A stretch of DNA of 64,000 nucleotides from the human T2T-CHM13v2.0 reference genome, Homo sapiens: the NCBI RefSeq assembly GCF_009914755.1, contig NC_060925.1; one strand, written 5' to 3'. This document shows, piece by piece, positions 43,861 through 57,520 of this stretch. Both the position numbers and the translations under genes were made by a program. Within the stretch, counting starts at the first letter, position 1; each line of letters opens with the position of its first letter. The notes beneath the pieces are model-generated. The model ran no database searches and was not told where the DNA came from. It saw nothing but the letters and a program-made list of their open reading frames with translations.

Positions 43861-44786
43861 AGCTTTGAGGAATTTTGTATAAACTAAGTGATCATCAATA
43901 ATGCAAAAGTATTTTTCATTTATGAAAAGGATTTACAACATGGCTCCTTTAAACAGTGAGCTTCCTGGTACATTTAAAACATTATTCAATTTAAAATATG
44001 ATTTTAAGTTTCTGTAGAAATTTTCTATAACAAAACTAATAAAGAAAATAAAATATTTCTCTATTTGATTTTTTTTAATGGAGAATGCTACCTTTCAAAG
44101 GACTCTTTCTCTTTCTGTGTTCATCCAGCCTGAGAAGAGATACCACAGTTCAGCACCATTATTCTGCTCATAATCCATCTTCTATTTCATATTCCATTTC
44201 CCGTCATGCACTGGATAAACACGGCAGCACTGACATGATGAGAAGCCTTCCCTGAAGACTGCAGCCCACACTCATCTATCCCTTCACTGAACTCCTATTA
44301 TACTTATTGTCTGTACCACACAATTAGCACTTTATTATATACTGTCTTGTTCTCTAATTGTCTGTACCACACAATTTAGCACTTTATTACATTCTGTCAG
44401 ATTCTGTAATTGTGTCATTTATTTTTATCATATCTCTCCAACTAGATTACAAGCACCAGGGTGTCAGGGACGCTGTCTGGTCCTGCTTTGCCATTCCACA
44501 TGGCACCAAACACTGTGCCAGGCACAACAAGGTAGGCCTTCAATACATGCTGGTGAGTTTATGGGTTGATGGTGGGTGAGTGGGTTGGGAGATTTGTTCA
44601 CTGACTTTCTGGTGGGCTTTAAGTAGGCTGAGTTATCTGGAAGGCAGAGTAGGAAATATTAATTGATAAGGTACTGGGTAACAGAAGATTCAGGCACCAT
44701 GGTCATTCCACCCACTGTCCATCTGTCCAACCTGCTTTGTTGCCTAGTAAGTCATTTGGTTCTCTCCACTTAAATTTTTCTGTATA

Positions 44787-45964
44787 TAGTCACACATAAC
44801 TTACAACAGGGATACATTCTGAAAAACACGTCATTAGGCAGTTTCATTGTTGTGTGACCATCATAGAGTGTGCCTACAAAAATGTAGACACTGTAGCCTA
44901 CTGCACATCTGGGCTATATGGTATATAGCCTGTTGCTCCTAGGCTACAAACCTGTATAGCATGCTACCGTACTGAATACTGTGGGTGATTATAACACAAT
45001 GGTATTTGTTTATCTAAACATAGAAAAGGTATAGTAAAAATACAATACAAAAGATTTAAAATAGTACACTTGCATAGAATACTTACAATGAATGGAGATT
45101 GCAGGACTGAAAGTTGCTCTGGGTGAGTCAGTGAGTGAGTGGTGAGTGAATGTGAAGGCCTATAACAATACTGTACACCACTGCAGACCTTATAAACATT
45201 GTACACGTAGGCTGTACTTCATAATTTTAGAAAATATTTCAACAATGATAAACTTAGCTAACCGTAACTTTTTTCCTTTATGAACTTTTAAATCTTTAAA
45301 AACTTTTTGACTCCTTTGAAATAGCACTTCACTTACAAACATTGTATAGTCATACAAAAATATTTTCTTTCTTTATATCCTTATTCTATAAGCATTTTTG
45401 TATTTTATTTATTTATTTATTTATTTTACTTTTTAAATATTTTTGTTAAAAACTAAGTCACAAATACACACCTTGGCCTAGGCCTGCACAGGTTAGGATC
45501 ATCAATATCACTGTCTTCCTCTTCCACATCTTGTCCCACTGGAAGGTCTTCAGCGGCAATAACACACATGCAGCTGTCATTTCCTATGATGACAATGCTT
45601 CTTCTGGAATACCTGTGAAAGGACCTGTCTGAGGTGCTTTTACAGTTAAGTTTTAAAAATATAAGTAGAAGCAGTACCCTCTAAAATAACAATTAAAAGT
45701 ATAGTAAACACATAAGGAACACTTGTTTATTATCATTATGAAGTATTATGTACTGTACATAATTGTATGTACTATACTTTCATAAGGCTGGCAGTGTGGT
45801 AGGTTTGTTTACACCAGCATCACCACACCCACGGGAGTGTGCTATGTGACAACAGCTACGTTACTAGGCAATGGGGATTTTCCAAGTCCATTATAATTTT
45901 ACAGGACCACTACCATATATACGGCCCACTATTGACCAAAACGTCCTTATGGGGTGCATAACTG
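44787..45964. mobile_element. Tigger3b-like TcMar element (~1.2 kb)
   Basis: GGGATACATTCTGAAAAACACGTCATTAGGC ... TTGACCAAAACGTCCTTATGGGGTGCATAACTG; homologous in opposite orientation to 9655-10014. Confidence 0.8.
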
Positions 45965-48900
45965 TTAAGCAGAACAGGGAAACAAGAACAAGTGACCAGA
46001 CAATACCGTTTTAAAAATCACCGGAAACCACATTTTTCCTCTGATGATTTTACACTATAACTTTCTCTAATTGGGGAGGCACTGCTGTGTACAGGAAAGA
46101 AGTCATGCTTTGGAATTAGAGAGACTCCTTACCAGCTGTGTGATGTTCAACAAATTGTTTAACACCTCTCCCCCTCTCTCTGCTTCCTCATTTCTGAAAT
46201 TATTGTGATTATGATTATTTGTGATATTGCCACTGAGTGTCTGTAAGCCTGCTGGAGTATTCTTATTTTTCCCAATTTCTGTAACTATCATGCCTTTAAG
46301 GAAGTGTTAAGTATTATTATTACCATAATTAATACCTCTGTTTGTTTCACACACTACTTGAAGAGTTTCTGCCTAGGCTGTGATTAATGGGTTTGCTTCT
46401 CAGTATGTGTAGAGAATAAAGTCAGACAGACTTACATAAGTCATCTTTTTTCCTGATTGAAGTCATTTACATATTGTGGTCTATCACATGACATCAGATT
46501 ATGTATAGTAAATAATAAGAGAAGAAATGCCCAATATTCAGCATCAACAAATTTGTGCCTCAATCTGTCACGTTCACTTCTGCTATAAAAACTTAGGTGA
46601 ATCAAGCATTGAGTTAATTATATTTCTCTGAATTTGGAATGATACAAATAAAATGTCCTGTCCCTGTGTGTCATCTGCTTTCCCCTGTCTAATCAGTATG
46701 TTTTGCCATGTTCTATCCTTTTGTGTTTTTGACCTTGTTTTTTTCAACTGGCAGGTACACAATAAAATGTTAACTAGTCACCTGGCCGTTCAACATGTTA
46801 TTGTTTCAAAACAAGGTCAATGAAACCTCCCCCAAAAGTGCTGTTCTAACCCTGGGTCTTCTCTAACCCTGAGGGTCCAAGGAGTCTAGAGAGCTATGAG
46901 TGGCTGCTCTATAAGAAAGTGGGTCCTCTTTAAGAAGAGCTTCTCTCCCTCTGCATGTGTTGCCTGAATATCCTTTTGGCAAAGATGGGCTGTTTCTTTC
47001 TGCATATTTATGCTAATTGGGCTGTGTTCATTTATTCTTTCAAAAATATTTATCAAGGTCAGCTGTGTAACAGACAGGGGACTGCATGCTGGAGATACAA
47101 AAATGAACACCACACGGTTAGGAGCTCGCATTCAAGGAAGCCACAGTCTAACAGGGGAAGCAGACACGTCTGCAGACAATTGCCACACAGTGAGATAAGC
47201 ATTAACAGAATATGCATGGCCAGGCTATCAGCTTGAGCCCAGTAGTGACCACCACAAAGAGTCAACTTGGTCTGGTAAATCTAAGGGAGCAGTTGACCTG
47301 GCTGTAGGTGCTGAATAGCCTGAAGGGAAGAGGACTGCTGGAAAATGGTCTCGTGGTATCTTAGGGTGGAGAAAGGAGAGTGGGAAAGGACAGCCTTGGG
47401 ATGGGTATGGGGTGACTTTGGTTCCCTGTATTTGCTCCATAGACTCATGCTTGACCTCTACAGAGACAGAATCTGCAGGTAGAGAGGGAAGGGGCTCAAG
47501 TGAGACAATGAACACTTGTCATGCTCTTTTGGGGCCTAGGTGAAAAAATGTGAGGCAAAGTGGAAGAGAAGAGGCTTCTCTCCACAACTTAGGAACAGTG
47601 TGGTTGATGGCCTTGGGGCACAGGAAGAAAGCAACTTTGACTGAGAAGAGACACTGCCCCCCAGTGGCCTCGTGGCAGGGGGGTCAACAAGAAGCTCAAA
47701 GTGGAAGCACAGGCAAGAGAGGAAGCACATTGCAGGGATCACTTATATCGTGCCTCCCACTAATAATGGGAAGTTGGAAGGGAGCAGTGTGTCTGCATTA
47801 GGCAGGTGGAGTCTCAAGCCAATGCCATGTGAGTATTACCACTAATATAATAACTATTCTCATTAGGGCTGGTGTGTATAGGAAACCTAATTCTCCATAT
47901 GCACAAAAGTTGTGGGAACACCAAAAAAAAAGCACTTATTTTCTGATCACAAGATTAAGCAGAGTGATGCCTATACTGGTTAATAATGGAATTGAGGTCT
48001 GGTAGGTGGAAAGACAAGAGGCCCAAGATAAGTAATAAAAGGAGACTCAGACACAGTGTTGGGGTTGGGGGCAACTGAGAGATGATGAGAGGGAGTTCAG
48101 CCAGGCCTTCCCTTCCCCTCAAACAGAGGGGCTTAAGAAGCTTAAGGAGAGCTCTCAGTGGAGGAGTCAGCAAAACGGAACTAAAGGAAATGGCCCTGAG
48201 GCTGGAGACAGGCTGGAGGCAAATAACTAGACAGAAATGTCCGCAAACAAATTCTAAAAATAAGACTTATCTCCTAAGCTAAACAAAATGAAAATCTACC
48301 TATGTGCACATAAATAGAATTCAAACAAAAAATAACCTTTCAAACAGCACTAAAGGGCACATTGAAAAATAAGTCCCTCCTGCCTCAGCCCCCTCAGGAA
48401 GCAGTTGGTGGCTGCCTGGCATGGTCTTGGAGTGCTGCCCCCCAGAGTCTTGACCGTCATTACAGGGTGAAAGCATAAATGTTAGGGGAACTCCAGGATC
48501 CCTAGAGCTCTAAAACCAGCATCCATCCCTGTGTGTCAGTGCTGAACCAGTTGTTAAATATTTTGAACATCACTGGTATCCTTCTAGAAATATGTGCACA
48601 TATACAAGTATATCCCTACAACACCTCTTTTTTCCTTTTCATACAAATGGAAGAACTGAATAAAAAGCATTCCACATTTTGCCTTTTTTTGTGCCTACTT
48701 GGTCTATCTTTAAATGCATGAATATACATCGTATGTTTTTCTTTCAGAAATAACAGAATTTAGGTTACAGAGATAACAGAATACCTAAAACTGAGATATG
48801 GAGCACAGGAGTAACACGAGAGACTTTGGAATAACCTCTTGGAGCTTTTCATTAGGCACCAGTGAACCAGGCCAATGGCGACTGGGGAAACCACTCTGAA

Positions 48901-49366
48901 AGATGGAATCTGAGTGTGCTAGTCCAGGCTAACAGCGCCCTGCAGGCTTGGGCAAAAGGGAAAAGGAGGGACAAGATCAGTCACATTTGCCCAGGAGGGA
49001 TCTAAGCTTCCTAGAGCCCTGACTCTTAGTGCCTAAATACAGCAGTTACCGAGAATCAAACCAGCCTCGGGTGGCACCAAGTTAAATTTCAAATTTCACA
49101 CTCTGAACTTTTTCCAGGGAGTTTTTCCTTCATTCAAAAGAGATATAAAGTGAAGTTCTTCGTAAAAGACCTAAAATTTATTTCTCCTAATTGTCCCATT
49201 TTTACCTCAAATGCTGAAGGAAACATAGAGTTTTATTCATGAGAGAGAAAATACTTATAAACTAAACTTGAACTGGATTTTACAGTATATTCTACACATT
49301 GAAAAGTCAAGAGCACTAGGTGTACTCTTCTTACAGGTATGTTTATTTAAAAAACCCAAAGAACCA

Positions 49367-49668
<302 letters not shown>

Positions 49669-50995
49669 CAGTATGGGACAGGAGGCAAGTGTTAATTTTC
49701 CATATCTCATTTCTGTTTCTATACAACATATTTTCATTATTTTAATATAAATGAGAGAGAGGCAGAGATTGAAGAAGAACGTTTAAAACTGAGGGAGTAA
49801 ACTGCACAGGAAGAGTACACAGAATGGGAGCAGAAAACTATTATCTAATACTTTTGTTGTTCCCTGATTTCCCCAGAAATTTTCAGTCTAGAAAGAGTCA
49901 TAAAGGAGCAATTTCTGCTGATAGACTGTCACCTAGCGGTGGGTTTTTACCTTATTCATAATATAAGTGGCTGCTGAGCTTTGGAATGTTTTTAGAAAAC
50001 ATGCTCATTACTCCTTAAGATCTCCGGGGAACCTTTTACAATACTGTCACAAGCAGAATGTAACTCACTTTTGTGCTTCCCAAAGGTCTAATGTCCTTGT
50101 CGGCAATAGCTAAAACAGATTGCACATCCTTCAAAAGGAAGTTTTGCCTCTGTAATTATTTGAATATTGTCAAAGAAGCCCTGTAGGCAAAATTAAGATT
50201 CGTAACTTTCTCTTCTGTTTACAACTCATAGCACCCTCAGTGTTCTCCTTGCTAATGGTCAAACTAGGCCCATATTTTCTAAAGTTTTCTCCATTTTTAG
50301 GTGGTGACAAAAGAGTGTATGTAACCCACTGGCCACATTGGCCTAGAGATACGATTCAGGACAAGGAAGTCACAAACTCAGCAACAAGACAATGTTCCCT
50401 AGATTTAATCTATGCCAGGAATCCATCCTGCTTGGTCACAAAGAGGCATTACAGTCCTCTTTGTCCAGTCCTTACTCTCTGTGTGATACCAGCCCTCTTG
50501 GCCAGGAGGGTTCCTACTGTTGCCTTAACCCTAGTCAACAGGGAGGCACCCTGCTCCCATCAGTGATAAAGTCTACGTTCAGGCGACAGAGCCAGCACAT
50601 AGCTCTCTGTTATCAACATCCATTCTGCATGCCATACTATTTCAACCATTTATGCAGTATTGGCACTATATGTGTCACATGAAACAGAACAGATAGACCA
50701 CATCCACACCAAGAAGTTGTGATCAGAAGGGAAAGCACTGGGTGTTATGAGGAGAGGTTGTCACCTACATTGGGAAGATCTGAGTGAGGTCCCTTTTAGG
50801 AAGGTTGCATCTGAGTAGAAGTCAGCCAGATGAAAAGCATCCTTGTCACAATGGAAAAGATAAATAAAATGTGGTATAGCCATACAATGGACATAAAAAG
50901 GAATGAAATACTAACTCAATCCACAATATGAATAAATCTTGAAAATGTTATGTATGCTAAATGAAAGAAGCCAGACACAAAAGACCACATAGCAT

Positions 50996-51303
50996 GGCTG
51001 GGTGAAGTGGCTCATGCCTGTAATCCCACACTTTGGGAGGTCAAGGCAGGCAATCTCTTGGGCTCAGGGGTCTGAGACCAGCCTGGGTAACATAGTGAGA
51101 CCTTGTATCTACAAAAAATAAATAGAAAATTAGCCAGATGCAGCACACGATTATAGTCCCAGCTACTTAGGAGGTTGAGGTGGGAGGATAGCTTGAGCCT
51201 GGGAGGTCAAAGGTACAGTGAGCTGTGGTCATGTCACTGCACTCTAGCCTAGGTAACAGAGTGAGAGCCCGTCTCAAAACACACACACACACACACACAC
51301 ACA
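50996..51303 (+). mobile_element. AluJ with a (CA)n tail
   Basis: Dimer ending in (CA)~12. Confidence 0.9.
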
Positions 51304-51366
51304 CCATATAATTCCATTTATATGAAATGTCCAGAATGGGCAAATCTATAGAAATAGATTAGTGGC

Positions 51367-51754
<388 letters not shown>

Positions 51755-53091
51755 CTAAAATGGTGACACAAGTTGCACAATTCTGTGAATAGACTAAACT
51801 ACTGAACTATTATACACTTAAATGAATTGTATCATAGTGAAATATATGTCAATAAAGTCGTTACTTAAAAATCTGGAGTCACAGATCTTAGGTTTAAGAA
51901 TGCCAAATATGGAAGTATATCTCTTGTGTTCAACTCATTTTTTTCCTTCTAGCTCTTTCTCCTTAAGAACCCAGTAAGCATTCACTAAAGGGCTAAGCCA
52001 AAAGACAGCTGAGCATGGCCGCACTATGCTGCCCCCTCCTGGGATCCCAAAGGATCTTCTGAACCCAAGCTTATGCACAGGACTTTTCCCTTCTCAAGAG
52101 ATGTCCCTCTCCTAGTTAGCACTCACGCTCAGAAGATAAACCCTAAAGGACAAGGGTTTTTGTCTCAGGGCCAGCAATCAGTTCAACTTCTATTCGTGGC
52201 CTGTTCCCTTCTCTGAAGACCTCTGGACTCTGATGAAAAAATAAACCCTACCTTTTCCATCAGCCCCATTGACACACCCATACAAGCCAGAATTTCCAGA
52301 AGTGACTCTCATACCCGGTTACGCATTCTTCACAGTGAATGGAACAGACTCTTGTCCACCTGTGGACAGACCTTTTACTGGAACACAATGGGTAACAACA
52401 CTTCAAGATCCAACTTAGGTCTCCTTCCTTCATAAGTGTTCCGCAATTTAGCAGTGTTTCAGTTGTTGAAAACCCATTTTCTCTTTTCAGGTTAGTATAG
52501 CCTTACCAGAAGATAAGGGGAAACTTTCTGGGGGACCACCCCTCACCCACAGTCAGTTCAGGAGCCTGTGATGGGGGCATCACCTCCAGCTCCAAGGATA
52601 GAACATATGACTGTTCTGACCAAGTTCATTGCACCATATCTCCCAAGCTCTTTCCCCTGCACCAGTGGGTTTCAAATTTGAATTGTAGCAAACAAAATCT
52701 GATACAAAACCCTGACATACATTTGTTTTAAACAAAGAAGAGTTGATGGTAGTAATATTTCTAAATCTCACCCTCTTGGCCTGCACTTGGATAGACACTA
52801 TGTCCTGCACTGTGGGAAAAACAAAGGAATAGGACATGATGCCTGCCTTGAACACCTTGCAGTGGAGTTGGGGGCAAGAAACAAAAGCAAGAAAATTAAT
52901 GATTAAATAATACTACATAATAATAGAAGAAATCTCACAGAGACTGCCGCTTATCAGAAGGGGGTTAGAGGCCTGCAGTTCAGCACTGAGCCTTTTGTTG
53001 CCTCTCTTCTTCTAAGCCCTACTCATTGTCTGATATTTAGCTTGGCTGTGACCTTCCCCAGTAAGACGTTTCTGGAACACCCTCCTGCCTC

Positions 53092-53093
<2 letters not shown>

Positions 53094-53126
<33 letters not shown>
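53094..53126. repeat. (CA)16 microsatellite
   Basis: Perfect CA run about 1.8 kb upstream of the NPL TSS. Confidence 0.95.
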
Positions 53127-53127
<1 letters not shown>

Positions 53128-54419
53128 ACCCCCTTCAGCCCAGATTAGAGCTCAGTGTTCCTGTAATATCTCTGTACAGTCTATCACTGCATTTACCATA
53201 TTTTAAAACAACGTCTCCCCAACACTTCACAGTATAGGCTCTGAGTTTCATAACGGCACAGAGTGGATACTGTAAGAATGCAGTGAGACTCTCCCTACTC
53301 CATGCTCCTTTCTTCCATCTTTTGTTCCACAGATGTCAGCCCTACATCAGTCTGCAGGCTGCTCCTGTCTGCTCCAAATCCCTCCCCCAGTAAGTTTCTT
53401 GCACATCTAATCCCATCTTAGCATCTGCTTCTTGGTAGACACTAACAAATTATTATAAGGAATTACTTTGCACTACCATATTTATACAAAAAGTAGTTAG
53501 TTCATGCATTTAGAATATTGGTTTGTTGGTTGACAATGTTAAGCCTAATGACCTATACCTTTTGGGTACTGACATACTTAATTTTGCACTTATTAAACTG
53601 TGACTTTCCAAAAAAAAAAAAAACTTTCATTGTACCATTAGGATATAATATTCTTGTTAATATTACAAAAACCAAACCAAAACAAAAACCATGCTGCAGC
53701 CTTAGGAGAACTTGCTTCATGTAACTAAGGGTTTTTCTTTTTCTTTTCTTTTTGTATTTTTTTTTCCTGTAGGATAACATAGTGTTAAAAGCACAAGCTT
53801 CTGGACTACTTGAAATCAAACCACAGCTTAACCAGCTCTATGGCTTTTGGCAAATTACTTCAACTCTTTAAACCTGTTTCTGATCTGTAAAATGGAATGA
53901 TCCTTGCTCATCTGTAATATATACATTTATAAAACAGGACCCACCAATGGGATTATTTTATGAATTAAATGTTAAAACAGCTAGAACGGTGCAGGCTGAG
54001 TAAGCACTGAACACAGTACTTATTAGCTATTATCTCTGGTGCTCTGTGCAACGAAAGAACTATTAGAATACATTTAAAAGCACTTTGCAAACTAGAAAGC
54101 CCTTTGAACAATTTAGTTTCTCTAAATGTAATAATAAGCATCAGCCATCGCCTTTTATGGAAAATTGAGGTGGAATCACATCAGCAAGAGAAAACTGAGG
54201 ACTTGTCTCTGGCTCTGTTCCTGATTTATTCACACAGTACATGATCCTAGAATAAGACTCCTGATACTCCTGAAAGTAGAGGCGGTTGGGTTAAAAATAA
54301 TTTTCCCTTTCAAAACTCTTTCAAATGTTCTCCAAAAGAAGCCAGGAAAGCTCCCGTATGAGTAGATAATTCACTTTAAAATTCGCTCATCTCTCTTTAA
54401 CACGAGAGTCTGCAGGGCT

Positions 54420-55230
54420 GGTGCAGCGGCGTCAACCCGAAGAGACCTGAACGCCGATGGGCAGTTGGGATTCTCCGTACGCCTCGGAAACAGCAGCCCA
54501 AACCTCACAACGCAGAACCACGAGATAGTGGGGATTGCAGAGCCCTGCGCAAGAGAAGGAAAATTAAGACGCAGCGGAGCCCAGGAGGTGCCCGCACGCG
54601 GGAAGGACTGGCGTGCAGACGAGGCAGGGGGAGGTTTGCACTCGGCGTGGCGCGGGTGAGCCGCGTGCTCTCGGGCACCCGGCCGCCAGTTCGGATGCTT
54701 CCGATCCTCGGGGAGCCGGGGCGCTGCGCCGGAGTCACTTCAGCCCATGTTGTTCAGGTGACACCCGGGGAAGAGCAGACTCCAGTGTGCAAAACGTTTC
54801 GGGGTTTCCGGGCCAGCGGTTCCGGGCGCGCCTCGCGGGCGGCGGCGCAGAACTACAACCCCCAGGCTCCCTGGCGTGGCGGCACGTGGGCCCGAGCCGG
54901 GCGGCCGCGGATATAAAGCGCGGCGGCGGCTGCCGGGCGGAGCGGCTGCACGGACAAGAGCGGAGGCCTGGGTGAGCGCGGCCCGCGACGGCACGGGCTA
55001 GGACAGACGGACGCAGACGGCCCGACGACCTGGGCGTTCGGGCGGAGGGGCGCTGGGGCCTGACTCGCGGGTGGGTGAGACGTTGACGGACCCGGAGGAA
55101 AGAGGGAAGGCAGATACGCTGGGAAACGGATCTGGGGAAGGTGTGAATGCGAAAAGTGTAGGGACAGACGGGGGCAGAAGAACTTACTCCCCCGGATTGT
55201 TTGCAGACAGCATATCTGCCGGGTCTCCAA
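54420..55230. promoter_or_regulatory. NPL: CpG island / NPL promoter
   Basis: Only strongly CpG-dense non-repeat segment of the window. Contains a NotI site (54901-54908), TATAAA (54912-54917), E-box CACGTG (54883-54888) and ACTACAACCCCCAG (54852-54865). Confidence 0.9.
54940..54971 (+). other. NPL: Probable NPL non-coding exon 1 (TSS approximate)
   Basis: Starts about 25-30 nt downstream of TATAAA (54912-54917) within the CpG island; donor TGG|GTGAGC at 54972. Confidence 0.7.
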
Positions 55231-55634
55231 AGGTCCTTTCCTCAAAATAGAGTTAGCAATTGAGCAGAAGAGAGCTTAAAGTTAAACCTGATACATCCCC
55301 CCTTCACTTGAGGAGAAATTGGTGGTTTTCTGCTTTTTTAAAAATCCCTATTTGTATCTCCTCTTCTCCGAGTACCTGTCCCTCAAGATATTCTCTGCCC
55401 AGAGGTACATTCTGCCCTCACTTTCTGTCTCTTAAAAAAACAACTTTGCCATTTAAAAAAGAATTTGACTTAGGCAGCTTTAATTCTTTGCACTGAGTGT
55501 TCTTATCTGTGGATGGAGGTATAAGATTTCAAGAGTAATACCCCCTCCCAATGTTTCAGTAATAATCTAAATTCACATTAAGCCTTAGGCTGGAGAACAT
55601 TTGAGCTATTCGCTTTAGCTACGAGCTCTGAAAA

Positions 55635-56133
<499 letters not shown>

Positions 56134-57274
56134 TAGGCGTTTCAAAGTTTGCAAAGGCAGCAAACTTTTACGTAGTGTAGTTATCTGTGCAAAGAAATTT
56201 TCCAAGCTGCCATTGCCCCCAGATGGCAGACAGTCTAGGAGAGGAGCCAAAACCACCCTGCTTAATAACTCTGATGTAAGGTTTTTAATGAAAAGCCACT
56301 GTTTGGGGGAATTCTGAGGTTTAAGAAATTATTTTCGGCTGGGGTATCAGGAAATCCCCTGGTTTTTAAAATGAGAGGTTTTTTGGTTTTTGTTTGTTTT
56401 TGTTTTTAAGCTATACCTGCTGGAATGGATAAAGTGAGCTTTAAAAGTTGATCAGACCGAAGAGATTGAAGTGAGAGAACCACAGGAACAAAGGCAAGCA
56501 GACAGACAGTGAAAGGTAGATAGGAGGAACAGCAAACAGTTTGTTCAGCTGGGCAAGTATAGTGCAGGCACGAAGATTTCAATAGAGACCCAGACCCCAG
56601 GGAGCTGGTTCTTTAGCCTACTGGCATTTTCTAAACAGGACAAAGACAAGACCAGAAATGCTGGTGTTACTGGAAGATTAATCTGACAGCTGGTGTGGAT
56701 TGAAGAAGAGAAGAGGGATTAGGACAGTGATTCCTAACCCCTATCCTACACTCCCAACGGCCCCTTGTTTTGAATTTTTGAACTAATCAAACTACATTTG
56801 TGGTAATTAGTTTTATTTCTTTCCATTAAAGACATATAAAACTGCCAATTTGAGCTTCTGATGATTCTAAGAACATCAGTGTTACCGTCCTTAGTATCAA
56901 ATAAATGCAGGCAAAAGCACAAGACTACGGAGTTTTATTTAGCCTGAACAGCCTAGTAGTGTTGGATTTAGGAGGTGTTTAATGCTGACTCAAGCTCTCA
57001 GGACTCTTATCACTTGAACCTTCTTGGGCCCTGTGGACCTGGGGTTTTGCCTATTTGTCTAGATAAGAGGTAACGAAGGGAAAAATTATAAAGGCGAAAG
57101 GAGGAATAGCAGGGGAAGAAGATAACAGAATTGAAATGACTTAGTCCCTAAATAGACAAGAGTAGTGAGTGTTGGAAAGGAGGCACTAGCAGAGCAGAGA
57201 TGACTGGGAAGATGATGCTGGTAAGGGCATGATAGTATTTTCTACTGTCCTATACACATCAGGCAAGACTTCAT

Positions 57275-57520
57275 GGAGAGCACTGAACACGTACTCACTA
57301 TGTGCCTAGCATTGTTGTTAATCACTTTACATGAATTAGTTCATTTAATTCTCTCAACCCTATGAAATATAATTACTATTATCCTCATTTACAGAAGGGG
57401 AAACTGAAGCAGAAAGAGGTTACTTAATGGGCTCAAGGTCACCTACCTGGTAAGTGGTGGAGCCAGGATGCAGATCCATGAGGTCTGACTCCAGAGCTGG
57501 CCCTCTCACCCCTCTACAGT
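57275..57520 (-). mobile_element. MIR hosting NPL exon 2
   Basis: ATTATCCTCATTTACAGAAGGGGAAACTGAAGCAGA..AAGGTCAC..GTAAGTGGTGGAGCCAGGAT..TCTGACTCCAGAGC is the antisense MIR core. Confidence 0.85.
57395..57449 (+). other. NPL: Probable NPL non-coding exon 2 (55 nt), exonised antisense MIR
   Basis: Acceptor ATCCTCATTTACAG| ends at 57394 and a consensus donor CTG|GTAAGT starts at 57450. It lies inside a minus-strand MIR core, between the promoter and the first coding exon. Confidence 0.75.

Noticed and set aside
48932-48947. CTCF-like CAGCGCCCTGCAGG
   Set aside because: The core is 2 nt short of consensus spacing.
54465-55245. Several ORFs of 64-130 aa across the CpG island
   Set aside because: Expected from GC-richness; they cross the predicted exon 1 donors and show no protein similarity.
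57427-57449. MG start of the predicted N-terminal extension as a myristoylation signal
   Set aside because: G-S-R-S-P-T has Pro at the position where Ser or Thr is preferred, so it is a poor substrate.
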